NCBI RefSeq assembly: GCF_001194135.2 | Contig: NC_068995.1 | Location: 55,643,170-55,707,169 of the forward strand | From: Octopus bimaculoides | Lineage: Eukaryota | Reading direction: 5' to 3' | DNA: 64,000 nt | Part shown: piece after piece, positions 26,641 through 38,459 of the stretch | How positions within the stretch are numbered: position 1 is the stretch's first letter | Layout of the letters: every line of letters begins with the position of its first letter | Program-made: the position numbers and the translations under genes | The notes under the pieces: model-generated | Told to the model about the DNA's origin: nothing | The model's database searches: none | Seen by the model: the letters and a program-made list of their open reading frames with translations, nothing else

Positions 26641-27023
26641 GTGGTACCCCGTCGTTTACGACGACGAGGGTTCCAGTTGATCCGATCAATGGGACAACTT
26701 GTTCGTGAAATTAACGTGCAAGTGGCTGAGCACTCCGCAGACACGTGTACCCTTAACGTAGTTCTCGTGGAGATTCAGCGTGACACAGAGTGTGACCAGA
26801 CTAGCCCTTTGAAATACAGGTACAACAGAAACAGAAGGACAGAGTGAGAGAAAGTTGTGGTGAAAGTGTTCAGTAGGGTTCACCACCATCCCCTGCCGGA
26901 GCCTCGTGGAGCTTTAGGTGTTTTTTTTTTCGCTCAATAAACACTCACAACGTCCGGTCTGGGAATCGAAACCGCGATCCTACGACCGCGAGTCCGCTGC
27001 CCTAACCACTGGGCCATTGCGCC
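26641..27023 (-). mobile_element. Full-length tRNA-derived SINE (family D tail, distinct head) with 9-bp TSD
   Basis: Minus-strand head GGCGCAATGGCCCAGTGGTTAGG...GGTTTCGATTCCC has Pol III A and B boxes. TSD TAAGGAGGT at 26632-26640 and 27024-27032. The 3' half is shared with the copies at 18133 and 31080. Confidence 0.9.
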
Positions 27024-27415
27024 TAAGGAGGTATAACTAAATGCCACAACATATTTTGTCGCCGATTTTGTCATCAATCCACCAAACAGTTTTCAGAAAG
27101 AGAACAAATATTTAAATGTATTTAATGGTAACAACTGTCCTTTGTCATTAACAATTGTAATGAAGTCACACCATTGTATGTAAAAATAAGAGTGAAATGC
27201 ATGGCTGTTTGTTGCATTCAAGAATAAATGGCTTCGAAATTATAATCACTAAATAAATACGCATATTCCCACACGAACTGAATGCTAACATTTATAAAGT
27301 AAGATATATTCGTGTGTTGTGAGAAATAGTGAATACTTACGTCTCCGGGAGGGGTTAACTCCGACGGTATGAATAAAATTGACACCCACATGGGTGGAAA
27401 AGCTTTAGTAATTTT

Positions 27416-27550
27416 GATAAGAAAAGAAATGGAACAACAATTAAGAATTAGAAGTTGATCAATTGTATTAAATGGTCAATTAAACTATAACCATTTAATA
27501 CCAATGATCAACTTCTAGTTGTTAATTGTTGCTCCATTTCTGTTCTTATC
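27416..27550. repeat. 61-bp inverted repeat with 13-nt spacer
   Basis: Arms 27416-27476 and 27490-27550, 55/61 complementary. Confidence 0.95.
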
Positions 27551-27727
27551 TGAATATATTAAACCACGGTTTACCATTTAAATTACCAAATGCTGTTAAC
27601 CTTATAGCAAGGTCTATACATAGTGAGGGAATACACCAGTAGTGCCTACGGATACATTTATCCCTTAGATGGTTGCATAACCTCTAACTCATAATTTCTC
27701 TGAACATATATGTGTATGTGTGTGTGT

Positions 27728-27782
<55 letters not shown>

Positions 27783-28359
27783 CGTGCATGTGCGTGCATG
27801 TGCGTGAGTGTGTGTGTGTGGTGGGGCAATGTAAATTAATGACATGTTTCCGGTGCTATATGTGTTACAGAATCTTTGATACTCCATCATTCAGGATATA
27901 TATTAAATATAACAGAATAAATCCGATGAGACTTCTGCAAGATTTCCTTTGTCGCTTTGTTTGTTTAGTTTTGTTTTGTTTTGTTTTGTTTTTCTTGTAT
28001 TATGTTGAAAATTTTATTCATAAAAATTTGCAAAAGCTAACTTTAAATACATAGATAAGGAGGCCCACATAAGTTTACTTCATGAAAGAAACGTGATAAA
28101 AGATATAAGCTAATGTTGTGTGGGTGTAAGAAGATTAACCTTAATTCCGCCAAGACGCGGCTGGCATGAGCGTGCAATAAAGACGTAACACGAGAGAGAG
28201 CCGCTTGTTGATATATGCGGCTATTCATTTAGTTGACAAATTCTTTGAATATATGCACACTCATACATGCATAAAAGCAAACATGAATGCATGTATAAAC
28301 ATATATATTCATTTATACACGAATGCACCCACATACATCTACACACACCCTATTTATAT

Positions 28360-28399
<40 letters not shown>

Positions 28400-28494
28400 T
28401 ACAAACAGACAGATAGATAGACAGACAGACACATACATACATACATACATACATACATAATATACATATACATACAGATATATAAACATATCTT

Positions 28495-28680
28495 GTATCT
28501 TTTATCTTGTGCTTGTTTCAGTCATTAGACTGCGGCCATGCTGGGGCACCGCCTTGAAGAATTTCAAGTCGAATAAATCGACCCCAGTGGTTTTTTTTAA
28601 AATTTTTAAGCCTGCTACTTATTCTATCGATCCTTTGCCGAAGTGCTAAGTTACGAGAACGTAAACACACCAACCTGCGA
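28495..28680 (-). mobile_element. SINE family C, 3' half
   Basis: CTTGTTTCAGTCATTAGACTGCGGCCATGCTGGGGCACCGCC...GAACGTAAACACACC. Confidence 0.85.
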
Positions 28681-28789
28681 AACAGTTGAATATAAATGAA
28701 ACACCTATTCGAAGAATTAATGGAAAAGAAAACGTATCGTAGCTGGAAGGCTTTTCCACTAATTTGAAATATTCATTATCCAGTCTTCT

Positions 28790-29330
28790 TTTATTTCACT
28801 CGACCGCAACCGAGATGCGTTTCACCACGCTTCACCAAGCATTTCTTCCTCCTATTAGCTGTGGTAGATCTTCAGTTTGATTTTGTATATCTCTGTCAAT
28901 AATGTCAGTGTACTTGAGCAGGTTTCGTTCTCTGTAAGAATACAGAAGTCTCCAAAATATAACCGTCAATATAGCCTGAAACACAGATAGAAGTGGCTAA
29001 CAAAGCATCGCTTAGCTTTAGCAGCAACCGTAGAGATCGGTGAAATGTGTTCATAAATATTTCGTCTTAAGCTAAAACTGTGAGATATTTTGAGCTTTCT
29101 TTGGAAGACTGGCGTAAGAATTATGAACATAATCTTGTAGTTCTTTCTCTAAAGTCCATGTTTCGGAACCATAACGAAGAACGTTCTCTACACAGGCCAT
29201 GCAAAAGGCAGCCGTCTACTTCATACTTAGTAGCATGATGGTGAAACAAAATAAGAAATTGGTCTATTATTTGGAGGAGAACTTAAATCCTCAGAACGAT
29301 TTACTCAAGCCATCTTTGCTATACGACACA
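28790..29330 (-). mobile_element. Decayed RTE-clade LINE, 3' end of ORF2
   Basis: Manual minus-strand translation gives ACVENVLRYGSETWTLEKELQDYVHNSYASLPKKAQNISQF*, then RCFVSHF and VIFWRLLYSYRERNLLKYTDIIDRDIQNQTEDLPQLIEGRNAW*SVVKRISVAVE*. This matches the RTE LLYGSETW ... RFAGH ... EDLPxxMxDRxxW C-terminus, with stops and frameshifts. Not in the ORF track. Confidence 0.8.
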
Positions 29331-31079
29331 ACGTGCTAACAATGTTTAATCGAATCAAGAGTACAAGTCAAACATTTAGTAGAATACAACGCAAGTAGTA
29401 AGCGATGGCTTGAAGTATTTACTTTTGTTAATTTTGGTTTTCTACGTAATCGTATTTTATCTCTATTTCAATAATTGCTTCTACTGTTTGTGTGTTTGTG
29501 TTGATAGCATTAAAAAATTAATCCCCATCGATCCACACAATGACGTTCGAAAGCAATTTACTGTGTAAACCAAGAAACAACCGTAAACACACACACACAC
29601 ATAAATACATACATGTGTGTGTGTGCGTGTGTGTAACATACACTGCTCCTTACTGTGGTACGGTATTGTAGAATATGTTTGTTGCTATTTCCACGATAAA
29701 TTACGAAGCTGGCATTGGTTTTACTCATAAAGTTAACAGTGGTATTATTAGTGAATTGAATATCAACACGTAGAATTCCTCGTAAATTATTTATTACAAG
29801 CTCAGAAAGAAAGAATTTCAAATTGCGAGTTGACAGTGTACTAAATGACCAGACTAGAATGTTTGGTTGTTCTGATTTTCTTATCGGCCACCGCAGTGTC
29901 CTTGGTTATAAAACACTTCTTGAACCATAAAACACTTAACTCTCTAATAAGGATTAGTAAACAGAAATATTGGTATTTATATTAGTGTATATAAATACAA
30001 ATATATACATACACACATATAGTTATGTATATNNNNNNNNNNNNNNNNNNNNNNNNNNNNNNNNNNNNNNNNNNNNNNNNNNNNNNNNNNNNNNNNNNNN
30101 NNNNNNNNNNNNNNNNNNNNNNNNNNNNNNNNNNNNNNNNNNNNNNNNNNNNNNNNNNNNNNNNNNNNNNNNNNNNNNNNNNNNNNNNNNNNNNNNNNNN
30201 NNNNNNNNNNNNNNNNNNNNNNNNNNNNNNNNNNNNNNNNNNNNNNNNNNNNNNNNNNNNNNNNNNNNNNNNNNNNNNNNNNNNNNNNNNNNNNNNNNNN
30301 NNNNNNNNNNNNNNNNNNNNNNNNNNNNNNNNNNNNNNNNNNNNNNNNNNNNNNNNNNNNNNNNNNNNNNNNNNNNNNNNNNNNNNNNNNNNNNNNNNNN
30401 NNNNNNNNNNNNNNNNNNNNNNNNNNNNNNNNNNNNNNNNNNNNNNNNNNNNNNNNNNNNNNNNNNNNNNNNNNNNNNNNNNNNNNNNNNNNNNNNNNNN
30501 NNNNNNNNNNNNNNNNNNNNNNNNNNNNNNNNNNNNNNNNNNNNNNNNNNNNNNNNNNNNNNNNNNNNNNNNNNNNNNNNNNNNNNNNNNNNNNNNNNNN
30601 NNNNNNNNNNNNNNNNNNNNNNNNNNNNNNNNNNNNNNNNNNNNNNNNNNNNNNNNNNNNNNNNNNNNNNNNNNNNNNNNNNNNNNNNNNNNNNNNNNNN
30701 NNNNNNNNNNNNNNNNNNNNNNNNNNNNNNNNNNNNNNNNNNNNNNNNNNNNNNNNNNNNNNNNNNNNNNNNNNNNNNNNNNNNNNNNNNNNNNNNNNNN
30801 NNNNNNNNNNNNNNNNNNNNNNNNNNNNNNNNNNNNNNNNNNNNNNNNNNNNNNNNNNNNNNNNNNNNNNNNNNNNNNNNNNNNNNNNNNNNNNNNNNNN
30901 NNNNNNNNNNNNNNNNNNNNNNNNNNNNNNNNNNNNNNNNNNNNNNNNNNNNNNNNNNNNNNNNNNNGGTGGTGGTGGTGGTGGTGGTGGTGGTGAACTC
31001 GAATAATCATAACCGAGAACTGAAACTGCGTTGCTGATTTTCACCAACGTTTGGTCTCCTACTCTATAGATTCTTCCTT

Positions 31080-31332
31080 CACAATTAACGAGCAAGTGGC
31101 TGAGTACTCTGCAGACACGCGTACCCTTAACGTAGTTCTCAGGGAAATTCAGTGAGACACAGAATGGGACAAGAACAGCCCTTTGAAATACAGGTACTAC
31201 TCATTATTGCCAGCTGAGTGGGCTGGAGCAACGTGAAATAAAGTGTCTTGTTCAAGGACACAACGCGTCGCCGGGAATCTAACCCCCGACCATACGATCG
31301 TGAGCCGAATAACCCCAACCACTAAAGCCACA
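31080..31332 (-). mobile_element. tRNA-derived SINE family D
   Basis: Reverse complement of the 18133 copy (AAGTGGCTGAGTACTCTGCAGACACGCGTACCCTTAACGTAGTTCTC ... GTGTCTTGTTCAAGGACAC ... AACCACTAAAGCCAC). Confidence 0.8.
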
Positions 31333-31920
31333 CAACGATCAACAACAGCACGAATACCAACACTCATCAGTTCTGACAAACGACCCACTGAAATTACAGT
31401 TAAATTAAATCTTTGGTATCAATCGTATAAAAACTACATCAAAGGAGAAAAAAGAACTTCAGTAAATCGTTAATTTAGTCCTAAATATCAATTATAAGTA
31501 AGAATGAATTTCAGAGCAGATTTTCCTATGAGCCTCTGTTTTAAGATGAAGAACCTAAATTGGAAGAAAATCGAAGTTTCAATCGGCCGTATCTGACACC
31601 GTGGGATATGTGTAAAGGCAGAGCTAAACAACCAGAAAATCTACTGGGAAACAGTGGAAGAATAAAGAAAAAAGATTACAAAACATCTGGAAAAAAAAGC
31701 ACTGTAAGCCGTGTGAAAAGAAAAAAGATTATAAAAGAGAAAGTGATACTGTTCAGGCAATGAGATGGTGCGTAGAACAAAGAAGAATAGAGGGGAGAGG
31801 GAGAGAGAAGGAGAATGGACGAAAATCTAAACAATGATTGGGGTTCTTTATATTAATTATGCATTTTTCAACTGTTTTGGAGGTCGTTAAGGGCACTTTT
31901 GATAAAAAAATAAATACATA

Positions 31921-31982
<62 letters not shown>

Positions 31983-32214
31983 ATTGATATGCTGCTATGA
32001 GAGTTCGATAATAATCTTCGCGATATTTGTCCAGGCTTATGTACGCTGAGTTCAAATTCGACCAATATTTACTTTGCCTTCCATCCTTTCGGGCCTTCAT
32101 TTCCCACTGGGTTAAGTTAGGAAGGTAACAAGCTGTCTGTGTTTGCTAGTAATTACGTCGATACCTAAAACTAATTAGCCTAAGCAAGATGCCTGCTTTA
32201 GATAGATATATATG

Positions 32215-32267
<53 letters not shown>

Positions 32268-32696
32268 TGATAGATAGATAGATAGATAGATGTCGACGTG
32301 CATACCTAGATACATTTGGAGAGAACAGTAGTAGGTAAACTTCTAATACTAGTTTATACAATTGTATACTTAAACATTTCCCACTCAGCTATTGGATGTT
32401 TGGAACCAATTGAATTCTTAAGTTCAGGCATTCCATTCGATGAATTCAGATAAGTATCCAACATGTTTAGATCCTCACCCTTTGTCTAAGAGTGAAGAGA
32501 TGGAGAGCGATAGCAAATGGTGTTGTCTCTGATTATTGACAAGATAATTTATCATTCGTTCACCTATTTAAAAACAACCGAGTTAGCCTGGAGTATATAA
32601 CTCCGAAATAAATACTGCGCTGTTATTTTTACACCAGACTTTTCAGTTATATTATTTATAGAATCGTTAGAACGGAAGACAAAATACTTTGCGATA

Positions 32697-32728
<32 letters not shown>

Positions 32729-32750
32729 TTTATTTTGATGCAGGAATGCT

Positions 32751-32838
32751 GTTGACAGAGACTTCGAAGTCTCGGCCATCTAAGCCATCGCCAGACGATG
32801 ATGACTTAGCAAACCGAAACTTCGAAGTCATTGTGAAC
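32751..32838. ncRNA. Head-to-head inverted pair of degenerate hammerhead-ribozyme-like motifs (Penelope-like)
   Basis: Minus arm CTGGCGA-TGGCTTAGATGGCC-GAGAC-TTCGAA-GTC and plus arm ACGATGA-TGACTTAGCAAACC-GAAAC-TTCGAA-GTC, compared with the core CUGANGA...GAAAC...GUC. Palindromic stem III. Both arms carry core mismatches. Confidence 0.5.
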
Positions 32839-32853
32839 GACATTCTTATATAT

Positions 32854-33050
32854 CAGGGGTCTCCAAAGTGGTTGATATCGACCCCTGAGGGTCGATGGAA
32901 CTATCCAAGGGATCGATAAATGCCTGAAACTGCACATCTACTTAATTATTATTATTATTACCTATTTATTTTCTTGTACATGCCTCGGGGTCGACAAGGG
33001 GTTAAGGATTCCCTGAAGAGGTCGATGTCTAAAAAGTTTGGAGGCCCCTG
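32854..33050. mobile_element. hAT-family MITE (197 bp)
   Basis: TIRs CAGGGGTCTCCAAA / TTTGGAGGCCCCTG (13/14 match); 8-bp TSD TTATATAT (32846-32853) / TTATATAC (33051-33058); several subterminal GGTCGA/TCGACC motifs. Confidence 0.85.
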
Positions 33051-33139
33051 TTATATACCAATAATAAATTTGTACTCTACAAGCGTATAGAATAACGCAG
33101 CATATTAATGCAAAATTGTTTTACTGAACAAATAAGCAA

Positions 33140-33160
33140 ACATTATTATCATTATTATTA

Positions 33161-33205
<45 letters not shown>
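33140..33205. repeat. (TTA)n microsatellite
   Basis: Direct reading. Other trinucleotide runs: (CTG)n 8484-8540 and 52060-52130, (GGT)n 30968-30994, (TAG)n 60000-60057, (CAG)n 62200-62260. Confidence 0.97.
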
Positions 33206-33206
<1 letters not shown>

Positions 33207-33365
33207 GCTGGGCGAAATGCTTAGCGGCATTTCGCCCGTCTATACGTTCAAATTCTGTTGAGGTCGACTTTGCCTTTCATCCTTTCGGGATCGATGAAAT
33301 AAGTACCAGTTATGCACTGGGGTCTTAACTCCTTCCCCAAAATTGCTGCCCTTGTGGCAAAATTT
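33207..33365 (+). mobile_element. SINE family A copy following a (TTA)n run
   Basis: GGCGAAATGCTTAGCGGCATTTCG...GCCTTTCATCCTTTCGGGATCGATGAAATAAGTACCAG. Confidence 0.85.
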
Positions 33366-33924
33366 GAAGCCATTATTATTATTATTACTATTATCTTAGT
33401 ACAGTTTATTGTCAACCTGTAAAGGAAGCACAAATGGTAATGCGCCGAGACGTAATTAATTTCGTTGATTAATGACCAAATTCGAATCCTGTCAGTCAGC
33501 TTCGATATTAGGCTGCACCTGGTTCAAGACATCTTCTGACTATGCGCATCCGTGTATGTGTGTGTGTGTGTGTACGAACAAATCATATTATGCAACAGAA
33601 ATTTATAGAGGGTCAAGAGGTTAGCAGCTGACCGTGATACGCCAAGGCCCACATAGCGTAGAGGGCCGAAACGACAATGACAGCAGGAGTCTGCTTAGTA
33701 TTTAGGATTAGTAATTACCTAAGGCTAAACAACATCACTAATAAGAAAACTTATTCCACTCATGTAGGGAGTTTTATAGAGTCGTTTGTTTGACCTTTCC
33801 TACTTGGCTCCGTCAGCGTGCGCTTTTGACCCCTAATGACTTCAGAAGCGTGTGTAATTAATTATTTTAATTACATCGTTCACCCTAAGCATTACCGTAA
33901 TTGCTATATACTCCACTCATTACC

Positions 33925-34115
33925 AAGGACTGGCAGAATCGTTTAAGCGTTCAGCAAAATACTTCGCAGTATTTAGTTACATCTCTTAGTGTTCAAACCT
34001 CACCGAGGTCAACTTTACTTTTAATCCTCTCGGGGGTCGATAAAAGCAAGTATAAGTCAATATCGAGTTATTCAGTTAACCCTTCCCCACAAAATTCTTG
34101 CGCTTATGTTAGAAT
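33925..34115 (+). mobile_element. SINE family A copy
   Basis: CTGGCAGAATCGTT head and TCCTCTCGGGGGTCGATAAAA core. A further head fragment lies at 34261-34330. Confidence 0.75.
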
Positions 34116-34395
34116 CAATTGTTGTTGTTGCTGCTGCTATGTTTTTTTAATATTTTACCAAGTAAAAGGTTTGTGTGTCCAAACAGAGTTTGCCCGGAAG
34201 TGAGAAAAAACGATTTGTTTTGTGAACATTTTTCGCTTTAATATTTACAACCTTCCTTAGGCGGCGAGCTGACAGAACCGTTAGCACTTCGGGCGAAATG
34301 CTTAGTGGTATTTTGAAGGCATTTTGAAGGCGCTTTGCTCGCTCTGTCATTTTCATAGATTATAATGGTGATGTGTAACATGGTCGCCAGCTTAC

Positions 34396-34539
34396 AATCT
34401 TCTGTGGGTTGTATAACTGGTTCAATCGGTCCTGTACAAGACAAAGAGAATACTTCTGTGTTGTAACTCGTCATACTAGAAATAACAGTCAATTTTTTTC
34501 TTTTATCATATCCTACTGGTTTCAAAAACGTAATACTGT
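34396..34539 (-). CDS. Candidate internal exon (144 nt, phase 1-1): DSITFLKPVGYDKRKKLTVISSMTSYNTEVFSLSCTGPIEPVIQPTED
   Basis: Long pyrimidine tract ending ttatttccaag, donor ATT|gtaagc, open symmetric frame, protein-like composition. No family recognised. Confidence 0.4.
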
Positions 34540-35704
34540 CTTGGAAATAATACATTAGAAGAAAAGATAGAATGGTCACGACTGGAAGGCTTTCAGTTAT
34601 AAGTTTTTACAGTCAGAGGTCAGCAATGACAACAACTGGTTCTCATTTTATTGGCCCTTCAGGAGTGAAAAGCTAAGAGGAAAACTCCGCCACCATCCAC
34701 ACCACTTAGATCTAGATTCGGAACGTAAAACAACGGAAATATTTCTATGTAAAATATCAAAGTTGTTATCTGACATAAGACTTGCCAATCTCTGTTATTC
34801 TGTTAAAACGCATTTCACAATTTACAACAATATCAATTAATAATGGAGAGAGTAGATACAGTGTAAGATAATGTGTAGAATGAAATGAATGCAGGCAATT
34901 AAAATGCTTTAGTTTCATTGTTGATAAGTCTTTCCATTCAACTTCTTGTACACCATTCATTATTTTGATTCTTTCGACATTTGTTATGAAAATAACTGGT
35001 TTGCTAAATCTAATTGAACACGTTATCTTCTATAAAGTCATAAATATCGATTTCTTTTGATTAAATTAGGAAACTTGAATTTTCCTAATGTAGGTCTGTA
35101 GTCAATTGTCTGGACCGCATTATGTCACTGGTATCTTATCGGTGTCCGAATGAATGAAATTATGAAGTCCAGAACTGTATTTATTGGGCTTATGGAAACG
35201 AGACTGTATAATTACTTCACTGCCATGCATCCTTTTTATTTCGGGGATCTTGTGTTTCTACCCTTGTAATAATGCATATATTGTTTTTTAGTGACGTATA
35301 ACATTTGATCCAAGAGACCTATGGTTAAAGAAATTCCCACCATGACCATCCAAAGCTTTTGAATATTTTAAGTCTTTATTATCCAATCTGCCCTTCTATT
35401 TTTTTAAGATGGCAGAGTATAATTTAAAGGAAATTTGGTCACAACTTGTGTCAGGACGAGCGATCACGTAGACATTCACTCGTTGTTTCATGATACAATA
35501 AGATGTCTCAGAAGAGAACAATAAAGTAGAATGTGATTTCACGACAAGCAATTTATTTTAGAAGTAAGCCATGTAGCGTCTGTTGCTATTGCCCTTGAGA
35601 AATGCCTGATAACCCGTTAGCCCTTATTTGTATAAAAGATTAAAATCTTGTGTACATTGAAAGGAAACTGATATTAGAAACATTACACAGTAATGATAAT
35701 TTTC

Positions 35705-35900
35705 AATTTTGACACCAAGTCACGACAATTTTGAGAGAAGGGAGAGAAAGTCGGTTACATTGGCACCATTGTTCAACTGGTACCTTTTTTATTGACACCG
35801 AAAGGATGCAAAGCAAAGAAGGCCACGACAGAATTTGAACACCGAACATAAAAAGCCGGAAGAAATTCTGATAAGCATTTTGTCCGACATGCTAACGGTT
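35705..35900 (-). mobile_element. SINE family A copy
   Basis: CAACTGGTACC...GACACCGAAAGGATGCAAAGCAAAG...AATTTGAAC. Confidence 0.7.
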
Positions 35901-36314
35901 TCTACTAGATCACTTACTTTTATTACTTAGTAAGACTAGAGCTTCTTCTGCTGGGTCATTGGTGCTAAAAGTAGGAACCCTATTCCGCTCAAATCTAACT
36001 CTGCCTTCTTTTAAAATAATGGTCAATACACATAGAACTTGAATCACTTTACTGAAATAAAAGATGCGATGGAGTCACCTTTCATCAGAAGTCTATAAGA
36101 TCAGAACTGATCTGCTACAAAATAACAGCAACAACAAGGCCATCATCATCGTCATCATTCAGGAACATCTATGCTTGTTTTATCCGTTCGAAAAACCGGT
36201 TCAGAAGAGTTTTTTTTATTCAAAAAAAATGACATTTCTTTATTTCTTCCTGCATTAAAGCATTAGTCTTCTTTATATTTCATTAGTTTAACAAATAAAA
36301 CACACACATACTAA

Positions 36315-36355
<41 letters not shown>

Positions 36356-36847
36356 ACACGAGAGAGATTGGCCTTGTATATTGATTTTGAATAAAGCTTG
36401 ATATTTGTCAAATATCCAAGAAAATAAGAACGAGATGCGAAACTAAATTAGTCTCAGAAGAATCAATGAACTAATTGATATTTTAATAATTGTCTTAAAA
36501 ATATATTTATTTATTTATTTTTATTCATTTTATTTTATTTATCTACTTGCTTATTCATTGGCACCAATTGTTGAAATAAATGAGAAGGCGAGTATAATTG
36601 GTTACATCAAGGCTCACCCACAAGAATATATTGAATTACTGAAACGCATTTCATTGGAAAGATGGACAAATCAATACTGTCCGAATCACACGATCTACAA
36701 GAGATAACAGCCAAATCTTCCTCAAATTAGCAGGATGCCGTCTTTAAAAAGGGAAAGGATAGATCAGATAAATGTTATCTTAGCTACAATGTTTCTGCAT
36801 GGAAGAATACAATAATTGTAGCTGGAATCCTTCTGATTTTCGGTTGG

Positions 36848-37050
36848 GCAGGTTTGAGTAGTTAAGAAGCTCACTTTGCAACTAAGTGGTCTCGCGTTCA
36901 GTCCTAGAGCGCGGTGCCATGGCTAAGTGCCTTCTACTTGAACCGACCAACGTCTTTAGAGTGAAGTTGGTAGATAGAAACGATGTGGGACTGAACCCGG
37001 AACCATGTGGTTGGTGAGCAAGCTACTTACCACACAGCCACTCCTACGCC
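36848..37050. mobile_element. Inverted pair of SINE family C heads (+ 36848-36980, - 36984-37050)
   Basis: GTGGTCTCGCGTTCAGTCC on + and GGGACTGAACCCGGAACCATGTGGTTGG...ACCACACAGCCAC on -. Confidence 0.75.
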
Positions 37051-37107
37051 TATATCTTAATTTTGAAAAATAAAAGTATAAAAAAACCGTATTATCTAGG
37101 GGATGGC

Positions 37108-37164
<57 letters not shown>

Positions 37165-37419
37165 GCACACACAAAGAGAGTGGGGAGAGAATTTTAGATA
37201 GATAGATGATGCCTTAAATACACAGATATGTGTATATTTTTGTGTGTTGCTGTATGGTGTTTGTGTGGTTCGGGCAGGCGTGGGCGTAGGTGTGTCGGTA
37301 TATCGTTTGTGTATGTTTGTCCGAGATTATTTTATTGAATGTAAATATTGTAGAAAGTTCCGTTCAAACTGGGATGGAAAGACAGGAGAGAAAGAGAGAG
37401 GGAAGAGAATGGGAGGGAG

Positions 37420-37500
37420 GAGAGAGATAGAAGAGAAGGAGAGAGATAGAAGAGAAGGAGAGAGATAGAAGAGAAGGGGAGAGATAGAAGAGAAGGAGAG
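37420..37500 (+). repeat. Purine-rich 19-bp minisatellite, about 4 units
   Basis: (GAGAGAGATAGAAGAGAAG)n with one variant unit. Confidence 0.9.
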
Positions 37501-38459
37501 AGGGAGGGAGAAAGAAGGAGTTTGGTGTCAGATTCTTGGCGACATTTAGAGTGCAATGTTCCAATTCTGTAAAAAGTAAGACGTCATGTTATAATGTGGG
37601 AAATGGGCAGAGAATCGGTTAAATAATAACTTCTGACTAATTAGGATGCATGATGAATACACTAATTACAATTTACAAACACATTTTCGAAAACAAAAAA
37701 AAAAACAGAAACACATAAACAAGGTCTTAAAGTCCATTCTTTTCAATGTATTCATTGCCCTGGCGTATTTACATGTCTTGCCTTATCGTACACACGCACA
37801 CACACACACATCGCTCGCATTCACACTGGTGCGCATGTGAGCGCTCATACAAAAAGAGATATTGTCTCTCCGTCGCAAGCTGTTATATAATTGTCAGTGA
37901 GGGAATCCGCTTAAGCTGTACGCCTACATGGAAGAATTCTGTATAGAATAGGTTGTTTGTCTTATATTCGGAACACACATGCACACACGCGCGCTCACAC
38001 ACATACACACAAACACGAACACTAAGACCTAACCGCACAGCCAGGCCTCAGATTTATTGTGGCTGTTGCTGTTGTTGTTGTGGTGGTGGTGCTGCTGGTG
38101 GTGATTTTGATAGTGGTGATGTTGTTGCAGCAGCAATTTTTATCTTATATTATTGTTGTCGTTTTTCTTTTATTCATTTCTTTAGTTATTTATGTTTTTA
38201 TTTATTACCGTCGATATTTCGTTCTTTGCGATGTTCTTTGTTTACTGCAACTCTTGTCCTGGTCGTTTTCTTTCCTTTCCTTTCTTTTTTTTTTTTTTTT
38301 CATACTTCTTGAAATTAATTTCGCCAGTTTTGCTGTTTTGTTCTTTGACTTCGTTGGTTGTGTGTGTGCGTATGTGCTTTTTTTTAGTCTTCAAGTCAGT
38401 GTAACAATAAGACAGGTCAACAGAACCACAAACAAACCACCAACATTACTATCCAATGA

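Noticed and set aside
26903-27023. tRNA-like sequence with A and B boxes
   Set aside because: It is a SINE head inside a TSD-flanked element with a long 3' body; not called as a tRNA gene.
34620-34730. Plus-strand exon-like open frame
   Set aside because: It overlaps a degenerate SINE family A remnant.
36580-36720. Open frame VEINEKASIIGYIKAHPQEYIELLKRISLERWTNQY, faintly like a mariner transposase C-terminus
   Set aside because: Similarity is too weak and no TIR was found.
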